From Candidatus Nanosynbacter sp. (lineage in GTDB: Bacteria; Patescibacteriota; Saccharimonadia; Saccharimonadales; Saccharimonadaceae), in NCBI GenBank assembly GCA_015257665.1, contig JABZJS010000001.1:155526-219525 (forward strand): DNA of 64,000 nt, written 5' to 3'. Positions 1-10,138 of the stretch are shown here, piece after piece. A program made the translations under genes and the position numbers. The stretch's first letter is position 1. Every line of letters begins with the position of its first letter. The notes beneath the pieces were generated by a model, which saw only the letters and a program-made list of their open reading frames with translations, made no database searches and was not told the DNA's origin.

Positions 1-29
1 TATATTCTAAGCACATTATGTACAGTGCA

Positions 30-38
30 TGGTATAAT
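30..38 (+). promoter_or_regulatory. Extended -10 promoter (TGgTATAAT) 8 nt upstream of the ATG at 47, implying a leaderless transcript for the glycosyltransferase gene
   Basis: tggtataat at 30-38; ATG at 47 has no Shine-Dalgarno; spacing matches the typical TSS-to-start distance of leaderless mRNAs. Confidence 0.3.
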
Positions 39-46
39 GATAATAG

Positions 47-1249
47 ATGAAAGTCCTAATTGCGTCCGACTTATATCCACCTGTCATCAATGGGGTGGCA
101 ACGTTTTCTCGTAACCTAGCCCATGGGTTAAGTGCTGCTGGGCATGAAGTTATTGTTATTGCACCAAGCCAAACTGGTAAGCAGTATAGCGAGCAAAGTG
201 GTGGTGTTACAGTGCATCGTGTGCGCAGTGTGGTATTTCCCTTTTATCAAAATATACGCATATGTATAGCGCCACAGCTTGAAGTGCGCAATATTATTAA
301 AGAATTTCGTCCGGACATTATTCATAGCCAAATGGTCTTAGGTATTGGGCAAGCAACGACAATGATTGGTCGACGTTATGGTATACCAATTGTATCAACA
401 AGCCACGCAATGCCCGAGAATCTCATGGATAACCTCAAAAACTTATCAGCGTTTTCGCGCCCAATAAACTATATGCTAGCAGACATTGGGAGGCGCTACC
501 ATAGCAAGTCTGATATTGTAACTTCTCCAACGCAATCTGGAATAGACAGTTTATCACGTTTTACGTCAAAGGTAACTGTACCAATAGAAGTCATCTCAAA
601 TGGTATAGATCTAAAAGCTTACAGACCCGACAGTGTGAGCAAATCACTATATCATACATATGGTTTGCCGACGAATAAGCCAATTATTACATATATAGGA
701 AGGCTTGATGCCGAGAAACACGTATGGGTACTGCTGTATGCGCTTCGTGAAGTGTTGAAAGAGCGTGAAGTTCATATGTTAATCGTTGGGAGCGGTGTTG
801 ACTTAGAACATGAAAAGCAGATTGCACAGAATATTGGTGTAGTTGATCATGTTACATTTACTGGCAGAGTGTCTGATGAAGACAAGAAGGCTTTGCATCG
901 GGTGGGGGCTCTATTTGTCGTTGCGTCCCCTGTAGAGTTGCAATGTATTGCAGCTCTCGAAGCAATGGCGAGTGGTAAGCCACTTGTTGCGGTGGATGCT
1001 GGTGCACTTGGTGAGCTGTGTCACCATGGTAAAAATGGCGAGCTATTTGCATTGGATGACTATCAAGGTGCTGCGAGAGCTATAGTGCGTGTTCTAAGCG
1101 ATAAAGACCTTCTGGAGGCGTACGGTAAGGAGAGTAGACAGATTGCTCAGATGCATGATCTTGATCAAGTCATCAAGAGATTCACTCAGTTATATGAAAC
1201 GACTATCGCCAGAAAAAAGAAAGAGATAGCTGGGCGCTCTACTAAATAG
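47..1249 (+). CDS. Glycosyltransferase family 4 (GT-B fold, group 1)
   Basis: 400-aa ORF; N-terminus MKVLIASDLYPPVINGVATF and C-terminal EAMASGKPLVAVDAGALGEL region are typical of GT4 enzymes. Confidence 0.85.
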   Translation: MKVLIASDLYPPVINGVATFSRNLAHGLSAAGHEVIVIAPSQTGKQYSEQSGGVTVHRVRSVVFPFYQNIRICIAPQLEVRNIIKEFRPDIIHSQMVLGIGQATTMIGRRYGIPIVSTSHAMPENLMDNLKNLSAFSRPINYMLADIGRRYHSKSDIVTSPTQSGIDSLSRFTSKVTVPIEVISNGIDLKAYRPDSVSKSLYHTYGLPTNKPIITYIGRLDAEKHVWVLLYALREVLKEREVHMLIVGSGVDLEHEKQIAQNIGVVDHVTFTGRVSDEDKKALHRVGALFVVASPVELQCIAALEAMASGKPLVAVDAGALGELCHHGKNGELFALDDYQGAARAIVRVLSDKDLLEAYGKESRQIAQMHDLDQVIKRFTQLYETTIARKKKEIAGRSTK

Positions 1250-1289
1250 AGCCAACCGTCTACACTAGTAAAATAGCGTAGATAAAGGT

Positions 1290-2144
1290 TTAATTTAGAG
1301 CCAGGAAGTTTTTTATAGCCATCGCCGCTTGGGGAGCCTTTTCATAGTGGATAAGATGACCAACATTAGAAATAACCAAGAACTTTTCTGGTGATATAGC
1401 CTGAGATAGTTTCTTCATATGTGTAAGTGGTGTGACACTGTCCTGGTTGCCTGCAACAAGAAGTACGCGTTTTTGGCGCAGTGCATTGGCATAGTCAATA
1501 GCACCGCGTTTGTTAAAATCTTGAAAAAGTATTTTATAGAATTTGATATTAGAGATAAAATCAAGATTGCGCAAGTGATGTTGATATATTACATGACGCT
1601 GGTCTCTGTCAACTGTTTTGAGAAGGCCAAAGGTGAGTATTCGCGAAATAAGTTTACTTCGTACAAAGGAATCGCCTATTTTGCCAGTTTTTGCACCAAT
1701 TGTGTATTGAGCGTCACCAAGCCGCCGTCCGACTTGGCGTTTGTCTGTTACGCCGTGGATGGCAGTTGGTACGGGGCTTATAAGAATAACCTGCGATGCA
1801 TAGAGTGTTGGTTGTTGGTGAATCATACTGCTCGCTACTAGCCCACCCATAGAATGTCCCAACAAGATAGGAGGCTTAGTAAGGTTGAGTGAGGCGACGA
1901 GCTGGTTTGTCAGCGCAGCAATGCCATCAATCGACCAGTTAGATTGGTTTGGCAGGTCGCTAACGCCAAAGCCCGGTAAATCTGGTATAATAAGATGAAT
2001 ATCAGGCAGGAGTGGTTCGAGATATTGGAACCCTTCATGGCTGCCTGTGAATCCATGGATGAGAACCATTGTCTGCTTTGCGCTCTCGTGATAGCTCCAA
2101 TAACTAACAGACAAAGAGCCGCGCAGTGTTGCCGTGTGTTGCAT
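1290..2144 (-). CDS. Alpha/beta-fold hydrolase
   Basis: 284 aa; HGFTGS oxyanion region and GHSMGG nucleophile elbow. Confidence 0.75.
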   Translation of the reverse strand: MQHTATLRGSLSVSYWSYHESAKQTMVLIHGFTGSHEGFQYLEPLLPDIHLIIPDLPGFGVSDLPNQSNWSIDGIAALTNQLVASLNLTKPPILLGHSMGGLVASSMIHQQPTLYASQVILISPVPTAIHGVTDKRQVGRRLGDAQYTIGAKTGKIGDSFVRSKLISRILTFGLLKTVDRDQRHVIYQHHLRNLDFISNIKFYKILFQDFNKRGAIDYANALRQKRVLLVAGNQDSVTPLTHMKKLSQAISPEKFLVISNVGHLIHYEKAPQAAMAIKNFLALN

Positions 2145-2150
2145 GTATCT

Positions 2151-2627
2151 CTATATCCTATTACGTATTCGTTGCTGCTCTCGCTCCACATCGCGGCGTT
2201 TGATGGTTTCGCGCTTGTCGTAGCGTTTCTTACCCTTACCGAGGGCAATGACGAGCTTAATATAACGGCCACTAGTGAGGAGCTTCGTGGGGACGATGGT
2301 ATAGCCGTCCTTCTTGCGAGCAGCAAGTTGCTCGATCTGCCGCCGCTTTGCCAGGAGCTTACGTGCACTAGTGCTGACTGTCCGGGCATTTGGTTGGCCC
2401 TGCTCGTTGTGACGCAGTGAGAAGCTGGCGTTATTGAGCCACAGCTCGTTATTGCGAATTGTTACATATGCCCCCTTGAGTTGCACGTGGCCCTCGCGCG
2501 CGGCGCGGACCTCTAGACCGGTCAGGTTCATGCCAACCACTATGTCGTCGCTCAGTTCATAATCAAACCGCGCGCGGCGGTTGACAATAGCTGGTACTGG
2601 TGGCTTGGTAAAATGGGACTTGCTCAT
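2151..2627 (-). CDS. smpB: SsrA-binding protein SmpB
   Basis: 158 aa; NRRARFDYEL...GLEVRAAREG...LLAKRR sequence characteristic of SmpB. Confidence 0.9.
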   Translation of the reverse strand: MSKSHFTKPPVPAIVNRRARFDYELSDDIVVGMNLTGLEVRAAREGHVQLKGAYVTIRNNELWLNNASFSLRHNEQGQPNARTVSTSARKLLAKRRQIEQLAARKKDGYTIVPTKLLTSGRYIKLVIALGKGKKRYDKRETIKRRDVEREQQRIRNRI

Positions 2628-2715
2628 ATGTCTCTTCTATTGTAGCAGATGCGATGGATATTGTAGCCTCTGAAGTTCTTGCTGTATCTGCTTGTGTATA
2701 TGAGAGGTTTGCTGG

Positions 2716-3111
2716 CTACTCTGTTGTGGAGATATTAGCGTCGGCTTTGCTATCTGCTGTAAGACTTGTCTCGATGAGCTGAATCATGTCACTCAGTGTC
2801 CCGTTCCTCCCTTTGATAAGCAAGCATTCTTGAGCAAGTTCGCTTGCCATAAGTTTATCAACATCAGCAATCGGATCAATGAATTTGGATAGTGTCGCTT
2901 GTTCTTCTTGTGTAAAATGAATATTGGCCTCGTCGAGCATTTCGTTCGTTGCCATAAATTGCAGCTCATCTGGCGAATGTCGCACTATCTCGCGTGGGGG
3001 GATATTGCGCGGAAAGAGTGCTGTTTGCAAACCGTAGGATGTGACAACATTGTCGCAATCTGCGAGCGTAATGCCGTCACTTTTAACAAAAGCGAGTTGC
3101 TCGCCCTTCAT
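2716..3111 (-). CDS. Hypothetical protein
   Basis: 131-aa ORF between smpB and the ABC-F gene; no recognisable motifs. Confidence 0.4.
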   Translation of the reverse strand: MKGEQLAFVKSDGITLADCDNVVTSYGLQTALFPRNIPPREIVRHSPDELQFMATNEMLDEANIHFTQEEQATLSKFIDPIADVDKLMASELAQECLLIKGRNGTLSDMIQLIETSLTADSKADANISTTE

Positions 3112-3257
3112 AATACAAATAATCCTTTCTGTTATTTTCTAGCGTGTCTGCAGACCATTATACCGCTAAATGTATGGAAAGAATGTCGTAAAAATAACAG
3201 AATAATAATGCGGAGTGCTCAACTCACCCCCTTGCCCGCAAAGGATATAACTCGCCA

Positions 3258-3266
3258 TGCTATAAT
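3258..3266 (+). promoter_or_regulatory. Extended -10 promoter (TGcTATAAT) 7 nt upstream of the ABC-F start codon (leaderless)
   Basis: tgctataat at 3258-3266; ATG at 3274 has no Shine-Dalgarno. Confidence 0.35.
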
Positions 3267-3273
3267 ATCCCCT

Positions 3274-4941
3274 ATGATTGCCGATATTGCCATTACTGAG
3301 AAATCGTTTGGGGCGAAGACGCTGATGACAGACGTGAAGTTTAGTGTGAATGATGGCGAAAAAGTGGGTCTAGTGGGGCGCAACGGTGTTGGCAAGTCGA
3401 CGCTGTTTGGTATGCTAACAGGGGTAGATGATGACTATAGTGGCTCGATTATTTTCAAACGTGGCAGTGTGGTGGTGGCAACGGCCCAAGAGCACCACGA
3501 CAGCGGCGATATCACGGTGCTCGAATATATCTTGCGTGGCCTGCCAGAATATGCGCGCCTACGCCATATCATCACAACTTACCCCGAGACGATGGGCGAT
3601 GACATGCATAAAATCGAGGCATACACCGCGGCGCTGGAGCGCTTTGGCCAGAAAGGCTTCTATCAGATTGAGGAGCTAGTGGCGGAGGAGCTAAAGAACT
3701 TCCAAATGGCAGGCTATGGTGAGCGACATCTGGCGAGTTTGAGTGGTGGACAGAAGCGCCTAGTGGAGGTGGTGAAGATCATGCACGCCCAGGCCGACCT
3801 TGCACTGATCGATGAGCCAACGAACCACATGGATTATGTCGCCAAGAAGCAGTTTATCGACTGGCTTAAGGGCGCGAAGCAAGCAATGCTCGTCATTACC
3901 CACGACCGAGATGTGCTGGCAGAGATGGATCGGATCGTTGAGATAAAAGATGGCACAGCCCTCAGCTACCGGGGTAACTACGATGCCTACCTCCGTCAAA
4001 ACGCCTCGGCAACGGGCAACGCGATGCATGAGTACGAGCAGGTCGAGCGGCGGATTGCTAATGTGAAGGATAAGGTAGTGCAATTTCGCCGGATGAAGGA
4101 GCGAGCGCGCGACCCCGGCACCATCAAGCAGTTTAAGCAGCGTGAGCAACAGGCTATGGCCGAGCTTGAGGAGCTTGAGCAGATTGAGAAGCCGACGTTT
4201 TGGATTGATCGCGACAACGTGGCACAACTGGAGTATAAGATGGCCGATCGCTACCAGAAGTTTAAGGCGCGAACGATTCGCCTCAGTATGCGCGATGGTG
4301 CAATGCGAAGCCAGCGCACGCTAGTAGCGGTGCGAGATTTGGCGCTGGGCTATGGCGAACGGATCTTGTTTGAGGGGGTGAATATCGATCTGCGTGAGGG
4401 TGAAGCTGTGGAACTGCGTGGCCGCAATGGCGCGGGCAAGACGACACTTATTCGAGAACTACTTGCCGCGCAAAATCTGGCGCAAGACAGAGGTAGCGAT
4501 ACGCCAATTGTCTATAGCGGCTCGCTGCAGCTCGATAGTCATATCCGGATTGGCGTGTATGAACAGGAGATTGCCCCGACATATCTTGACCTCACACTGG
4601 CTCAGGCGATTGAGCAGATGCACCTCGACCGTGGGCTGCCAATTGGTCAGACCAAGCTCCGCCAATTGATGAGCGACTACCTCTTTGCTGAGATGGATCG
4701 CGATGTGCCGCTCGCCCGCCTGAGCGGTGGACAGAAAGCGCGTTTCCAGATTATTAGCATGCTCGCTAATGAGCCGCAGCTGCTCATTCTCGATGAACCT
4801 ACTAACCACCTTGACCTACCTAGTATTGAAGAGCTTGAGGCGGCACTGGAGCGCTATACTGGCGCTATCCTCTACGTCAGCCACGACAACTACTTTCGGC
4901 AAAAGTTGGGTGGTGAGGTGGTGCAGATCGGGGCGCAGTAA
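3274..4941 (+). CDS. ABC-F family ATPase (EttA/Uup-like translation factor)
   Basis: Two ABC domains with Walker A motifs GRNGVGKST and GRNGAGKTT, signatures LSGGQKRL and LSGGQKAR, a charged inter-domain linker and no transmembrane domain. Start set at MIADIAITEKSFG (3274); an alternative ATG lies at 3208. Confidence 0.9.
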   Translation: MIADIAITEKSFGAKTLMTDVKFSVNDGEKVGLVGRNGVGKSTLFGMLTGVDDDYSGSIIFKRGSVVVATAQEHHDSGDITVLEYILRGLPEYARLRHIITTYPETMGDDMHKIEAYTAALERFGQKGFYQIEELVAEELKNFQMAGYGERHLASLSGGQKRLVEVVKIMHAQADLALIDEPTNHMDYVAKKQFIDWLKGAKQAMLVITHDRDVLAEMDRIVEIKDGTALSYRGNYDAYLRQNASATGNAMHEYEQVERRIANVKDKVVQFRRMKERARDPGTIKQFKQREQQAMAELEELEQIEKPTFWIDRDNVAQLEYKMADRYQKFKARTIRLSMRDGAMRSQRTLVAVRDLALGYGERILFEGVNIDLREGEAVELRGRNGAGKTTLIRELLAAQNLAQDRGSDTPIVYSGSLQLDSHIRIGVYEQEIAPTYLDLTLAQAIEQMHLDRGLPIGQTKLRQLMSDYLFAEMDRDVPLARLSGGQKARFQIISMLANEPQLLILDEPTNHLDLPSIEELEAALERYTGAILYVSHDNYFRQKLGGEVVQIGAQ

Positions 4942-5252
4942 GAGGTGATCTCATCGTAAAATATCAACTGCTTCTACGCCCCTTCTCTCAAGTACATATC
5001 CTTCAGCATTATGAGAGCTCGCATACTTGGTAGACTTACCTCTCGTAGTGGTGAACGTGAGCATTACAACAAGTCTCCACTTCTCTGCTCTGCACCTTTC
5101 TATCTACTACTTCACGTCGGTGGAGTGTACGTTGATTAATTTTAGAATTATGTAAGCTTCAGACATGAGAACCTATCATACGTATACTATACTGTGCATA
5201 ATTTTGTACCAGCATATTGCTTACGGTTGCAATCTACGCTATTGTAGAAGCA

Positions 5253-7514
5253 ATGCTAGTGAACAAAAATAGATCAAGCGCGGGGTTTGCTCTGCCAACA
5301 GTGATCGTGGCATCGGTGGTGGCAATGATGCTACTCCTCGTGGCGGCGTCTGCATCGACGGCGATTCGCGAGGGGCTCTACGCCCAGCACTACCGGCGCT
5401 TAGCCCGTGAGGCAGCAGAAAGTGGCGTTGTTCTTGCCAGTAAATGCCTTGAGCTTAATAACGACCTTGCCCAGTGGTCTAATAGCGCGAAGTTGCGACC
5501 CAACACCGATTGCAAAGGCGCAGTAGTAGCCGGGCGAACCCAGTATATTCAACAGGATGGCAATGTGCGCACAACCTTTGAAGTGGGTGAGCCAGAGCGC
5601 CGCGAAGGGAGTATTCAGCGTATCACGGCAGTGGGCCGGACGGAGCTTATTCGGACGACGGATGGCGCAGTGTGGAAGAGCTACGAGTATCGCCTGGCGG
5701 GTCAAGCGGGCCTCAGTACATTGCTCGATAGTGTCTCGTTTGGTTATGCAACCGGTGGTGGCTTTGCGATGAGTGGTGCATTCTTTACTGTTATCGATGA
5801 GTTTGGTCGGCCACGCTCGGCAGGGTTCAATGGTTTTGGTCAGCTCGGTGTTGGCTCAACCACTGACACTCTCACGCTTAAGCAGTTTAATATTCCTGCT
5901 AATAAGCGTGCTGTGCGCACCTACACTAACTTTCTCTCTCACGGTCGTAACATGTTTGCTTTGACGGAAAATGGTGAGGTGTGGGGCGCGGGGCTCAATA
6001 ACCATGGGCAGATTGGCAACCCGGGTCAGTCTGTTGCGTGGGTGACGAACCCGGTTCAGTTTGCTTTGCCGAGCACCGATAACGTCGCGACCTTTGTGGC
6101 TCCGCTAGGGATTGTTACCTTTGTCGTGACATCCCAGGGGAACGTCTATGCCGCTGGTCTTAATGAAAAAGGCGTAGCGGGCATCAACTCGACCGCAGCA
6201 ACGATCAAGACGCCCACCAGAGTACCTTTCCCTGAGAAGATTCGGGCCGATGCTCATTCCTGGGCGCTGGATAGCCAAACAGCCTATGCGATTGGCGAGA
6301 GCGGCGCGGTCTATGGCTGGGGTAATAATGAGTTTGGCCAGCTTGCTCAAGGTGACATCAATGAGCGGCGAGCACCTGTCCGCCTAGGTGATTTTGGCAA
6401 GCCTGGTAAGACCAAGGCGGTGCAGCTCGCCTTTGATGGCGACACCGTCTACATTCGCGACAGCGCGGGAGCGGTCTACTCGGCTGGCAAGACAAACTAC
6501 GGCCAGGCGGGGGTGCCGACTTTTCGGTTGCGTGCTGGGGTATCTAATCGCTGTCTAGCAGCAGTAGGAGCAAGCCTGCGGACAGAAAATTGCTCGAGTA
6601 CTGCTGCGAACCAAAAGTGGCACCTTGATCGCACGAATAACGCCCTACAAGTCGAGTCGAACCCAGGCGCAAGTCAAAATCGCTGTGTCGAAGCGACTGG
6701 GCATAATGGCGAGGAAACGCGCATGAGGTGGTGTGCCTGGTGGTCTGGCGGCAAACGTTTCGACTTTCGCTATCCGACAAATTCGTGGAGTTATGTCTAC
6801 CTCAGCAATAGTACCGATATTGGCGGGCGAGGCTTGTGTATAATTGAGGCAAATAGCGCAACTGGTGACACTAAGATGGATTCCTGCGAATATTATACTC
6901 ATAAGGTCTATGCGCCATACAATCCGACGCTGGAGCAGGTTGCTTCTAGTGGTGTCGTCGATATCACAACAGACCAGTACTTTGCGACGATGGTCTATGC
7001 TAATGGCGAAGTGAAAACCTTTGGCCTTAACAACGGTGCACTTGGTAATGGTGTTTATGTTGATACATCAAATTTCGATACATACAAACGTCAAGCTTAC
7101 AACCCTACCCCAGTCAAATTTATTCTCCCGCCCGGTGTCAAGGCGGTGTCGTCATGGACTACCTCCAATGGGGTCGATTCCAAGAATGGCAACACCTTCG
7201 TTGTTACCAGCGATGGTCGTGTCTTTGGTGCGGGCAGTAATGTAACTGGTCAGCTGGGTATTGGACATATCGGTGGTGGCACTAATGGCATCTACCCTAC
7301 CCCGCAGCAGATGTTGGTGCTCGGCGCGCAGGGTAACTTGGCATCGTATGTGCGTTCGGGCTACGGTACGACAGTGGTCTATGCTAACAACCGCAAAGTA
7401 TTCACCGTGGGTAATAACTCCAACGGCCAGCTGGGCGACGATACGACTACCACCAACCCAACGCCCCGTGCTAACAAAAATACCAATCCGCAGCGCCATG
7501 TGAAGTTCTATTAG
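5253..7514 (+). CDS. Surface protein: N-terminal hydrophobic pilin-like or signal-anchor segment, RCC1-repeat beta-propeller and ricin-B (QxW) lectin domain
   Basis: Repeated GxxGQLG motifs (GAGLNNHGQIG, GWGNNEFGQLA, GAGSNVTGQLG, VGNNSNGQLG); ricin-type repeats NRCLAAVG...QKWHL, NRCVEATG, GRGLCIIEA; N-terminus MLVNKNRSSAG/FALPTVIVASVVAMMLLLVAA. The six-frame ORF begins at a TTG (5217); the ATG at 5253 is preferred. Confidence 0.75.
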   Translation: MLVNKNRSSAGFALPTVIVASVVAMMLLLVAASASTAIREGLYAQHYRRLAREAAESGVVLASKCLELNNDLAQWSNSAKLRPNTDCKGAVVAGRTQYIQQDGNVRTTFEVGEPERREGSIQRITAVGRTELIRTTDGAVWKSYEYRLAGQAGLSTLLDSVSFGYATGGGFAMSGAFFTVIDEFGRPRSAGFNGFGQLGVGSTTDTLTLKQFNIPANKRAVRTYTNFLSHGRNMFALTENGEVWGAGLNNHGQIGNPGQSVAWVTNPVQFALPSTDNVATFVAPLGIVTFVVTSQGNVYAAGLNEKGVAGINSTAATIKTPTRVPFPEKIRADAHSWALDSQTAYAIGESGAVYGWGNNEFGQLAQGDINERRAPVRLGDFGKPGKTKAVQLAFDGDTVYIRDSAGAVYSAGKTNYGQAGVPTFRLRAGVSNRCLAAVGASLRTENCSSTAANQKWHLDRTNNALQVESNPGASQNRCVEATGHNGEETRMRWCAWWSGGKRFDFRYPTNSWSYVYLSNSTDIGGRGLCIIEANSATGDTKMDSCEYYTHKVYAPYNPTLEQVASSGVVDITTDQYFATMVYANGEVKTFGLNNGALGNGVYVDTSNFDTYKRQAYNPTPVKFILPPGVKAVSSWTTSNGVDSKNGNTFVVTSDGRVFGAGSNVTGQLGIGHIGGGTNGIYPTPQQMLVLGAQGNLASYVRSGYGTTVVYANNRKVFTVGNNSNGQLGDDTTTTNPTPRANKNTNPQRHVKFY

Positions 7515-7955
7515 ACAGGGTAAATAGTGGATTATGGACGCGTCAGGAATAGTCCGAAATTTAAGGCTCAATGTGCTCAGAATCACCCACTATTCAATAG
7601 AATATGACATGAGTGTAATGGTCGCCTATCAGCCCTGGCACTAGAATCCCATGTTTTGCAAGATAGTGATTAGGATAAGAGGTCTGATATTTAGTCAACA
7701 TCTACGTTAGCTGTTAGTGTTCAATGAGTACTAACTATAGTCAAGAATTAATACAGCACACCTGTTACAAATAAATCAATACACAATAATTATGGTCACT
7801 AAAAAGTCTCTCGTTGAGTCAAACAAAAAAGCATGAACAATATATGTATACTACTTATATTACTTATGCCCCTCCATTTCCCTCGTATGCGAGCAGCCAA
7901 TAGTAAAACTCACTGCCCTTCTCGAGCAGTGAGTTGAATGTGATGCATAGCCAAG

Positions 7956-8225
7956 CTATGCTTCTGGCAGCAATCCCTTTGCTGTAAGGAGCTCATCAAT
8001 TCGAGCTCGGTCAAAGCCATAGACGATCTCGCCAGCAATGTCTGTGACTGGAATACCCTGGGCTTTGCCGCCGGTTTTGGCAGCAAGCTCGTCCGCAGCG
8101 CCAGGCGTTTTCTCGATGTCTTTGACGGTGTAGTGTACGCCCAGCTTGTCGAGATATTGTTTCTCTGTTTTGCAATAGGCGCACCACTCTGCGCTATATA
8201 GTGTAACTGATGGTGTTGTACTCAT
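7956..8225 (-). CDS. Glutaredoxin-like (NrdH/Grx) small redox protein
   Basis: 89 aa; CAYC active-site motif in the glutaredoxin context (YSAEWCAYCKTEKQYLD). Confidence 0.8.
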   Translation of the reverse strand: MSTTPSVTLYSAEWCAYCKTEKQYLDKLGVHYTVKDIEKTPGAADELAAKTGGKAQGIPVTDIAGEIVYGFDRARIDELLTAKGLLPEA

Positions 8226-8341
8226 ACGTATTCCCCTTTCGCTCTTGCTAGTATAGCATGGACGGTGATGAAGTTGGCAAGCGTACTGGGTGTACGGCGC
8301 ACAGCTTCTTTCCTAGCGTTAGCTCTATGAGTGTGGGGAGG

Positions 8342-8548
8342 CTAATCCTCTGTGGTGTGTTGGCTTGTCAGATACCAGCCACCATCGTGCGGTGATTGAT
8401 ACACGCGTAACTGCACATCCAGCTGGTATTTGCGGAGCTCGGTGATAGCGCGCAAGGCGGCTGCACGGCTCGGGTAGCGCTTTTTGGCCGCTTCATTATG
8501 TTGCGGGCGGTAAGGCTGGTGTTTGGGCGTTTTATTGCGGCGTGGCAT
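8342..8548 (-). CDS. Small basic hypothetical protein
   Basis: About 68 aa starting at MPRRNKTPKHQ...; an overlapping alternative frame (8368-8661) looks less protein-like. Confidence 0.3.
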   Translation of the reverse strand: MPRRNKTPKHQPYRPQHNEAAKKRYPSRAAALRAITELRKYQLDVQLRVYQSPHDGGWYLTSQHTTED

Positions 8549-8807
8549 AGCTCTAGTATACGCGGCTTTGCAATGCGACGCCAGTTGTCTTGCATGCATC
8601 CTCTCAAGGAATGGTTATAAAAGTCAATGGAATATAGAGAAGAGCAGTAACTCCACGCCAAATCATCATGATCTATGCGCGCGCTCTATTGGCTCAAGGG
8701 GTGAAGAAAGAGGCTAGGATACCAAGAGAAGCCAGTGCTTTGAGATTCATACCCAACTGCCGCTTCCCTCTTTACGTCTGCCGAGCCTCCTGGTACAATA
8801 AGGCCAT

Positions 8808-9053
8808 ATGAGTATGGAGTCTCGTGAGAATGCCCGCTCGCACGGTAGCCAAGTGGTTAGTGTGTTGTGGTGTGCTGCACTAGGGACGACCTGGCGAATG
8901 GCGGTGCCAACTGTTGGGTTGTTTTTGCTCGGAGTCTGGGCAGACCGGCAGTTTGCAACCAAACCGTGGCTGATGTTTGCTTGCCTCATGGTTGGTGTTG
9001 TCCTTGCAGCTGGGCTCATTACGCACCAAATTAAGGGAGGTCATCGCACATGA
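8808..9053 (+). CDS. Small 2-TM membrane protein preceding atpB (AtpZ/AtpI-like accessory protein)
   Basis: 81 aa with two hydrophobic helices; its stop overlaps the atpB RBS (AAGGGAGGT). Confidence 0.4.
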   Translation: MSMESRENARSHGSQVVSVLWCAALGTTWRMAVPTVGLFLLGVWADRQFATKPWLMFACLMVGVVLAAGLITHQIKGGHRT

Positions 9054-9880
9054 TGTTTTTTGCGGCAGTGCCACACATCTCAGTCAAGGCAGACGAGGTG
9101 TTTTCGATCGCTGGCTGGCCAATTACTAATGCCAATCTCGTTGGTCTGCTGGGCCTCATCGTCTTGGCTTGGCTCATGTTTCGCACACGGGCTGCGGTGC
9201 TGGGCAAGAAGAAGGCGAATTTTGCAACTCGCTTGACTGTCTGGTGCTTCGAGGGGCTGTACAATACCGTTGGGCAGGTCATCCCCAGCAAGAAATGGAC
9301 GCGGCGCGTTGCCCCCCTTGTTATTACAATGTTTTTCTTTATCGCCGCGCAATATTGGCTGGGGCTGTTGCCAGTTGTTGGGCCAGTGATGGTTGGCCAT
9401 ACACCACTATTCCGTGGCCAAAATGCCGATCTTAACATGACCTTTGCCCTCGCAGCCGTTACGATTGTTATGGCGCAGGTATACGCAGCCCGCGAGCTCG
9501 GCTTTGTGGGCAATCTCAAGCGGTATCTTGTTAATCCACTGCGCGATCCGATCATGTCCTTTGTCGGGATTCTCGAGATCGTAGCGGAGTTCTCGCGCTT
9601 ACTGAGCCTGTCCTTCCGTCTGTTTGGTAATGTGCTGGCGGGTGAGATTTTGATCGCGATGATCGCTTACCTCACCCAGGTAGCAATGCCAGCGGTATTG
9701 CAGCCCTTCTATCTCTTTGAGCTATTCATTGGTGGCATTCAGGCCTATATCTTCTTTATGCTTTCAACCGTGTTTATTTCACTCGGGCTCACGCATCACG
9801 GCGGTGATGAGGAAAAAGATACGCACTCAAGCACTTCGACTTCTTCAGACGCGAACCTCGTGACCGAAGGAGCAAAATAA
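9050..9880 (+). CDS. atpB: F0F1 ATP synthase subunit a
   Basis: 276 aa; conserved LSLSFRLFGNVLAGEIL with the essential Arg. Confidence 0.9.
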   Translation: MMFFAAVPHISVKADEVFSIAGWPITNANLVGLLGLIVLAWLMFRTRAAVLGKKKANFATRLTVWCFEGLYNTVGQVIPSKKWTRRVAPLVITMFFFIAAQYWLGLLPVVGPVMVGHTPLFRGQNADLNMTFALAAVTIVMAQVYAARELGFVGNLKRYLVNPLRDPIMSFVGILEIVAEFSRLLSLSFRLFGNVLAGEILIAMIAYLTQVAMPAVLQPFYLFELFIGGIQAYIFFMLSTVFISLGLTHHGGDEEKDTHSSTSTSSDANLVTEGAK

Positions 9881-9912
9881 CATTGGTAATAACTAAATAA
9901 GGAGAAATAATT

Positions 9913-10125
9913 ATGAAAGACATCGCATTTACCTTGGCGTATGCTATCCCAGCAGCGTTTGCTGCGATCGGGTGTGGTTGGATTGGTGCCAACGCCATGA
10001 AGGCAGCTGGTCGCAACCCAGAGAAGATTAACGACCTACGCACCATGATGATCCTTGGTATCTCGTTTATCGATGCTTTGGCTATCATTGGTTTTGTGGC
10101 CGCGATCGTCGGCAAGGTGATGTAA
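9913..10125 (+). CDS. atpE: F0F1 ATP synthase subunit c
   Basis: 70-aa hairpin proteolipid, GRNPEKINDLRTMMILGISFIDALAIIG. Confidence 0.9.
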   Translation: MKDIAFTLAYAIPAAFAAIGCGWIGANAMKAAGRNPEKINDLRTMMILGISFIDALAIIGFVAAIVGKVM

Positions 10126-10138
10126 GGAGTTCGCACTC

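Noticed and set aside
2899-3273. N-terminal 125 codons of the six-frame ABC-F ORF
   Set aside because: This stretch overlaps the convergent ORF 2716-3111 and shows no ABC-F similarity. The ABC-F N-terminus MIADIAITEKSFG starts at 3274, directly after a -10 element.
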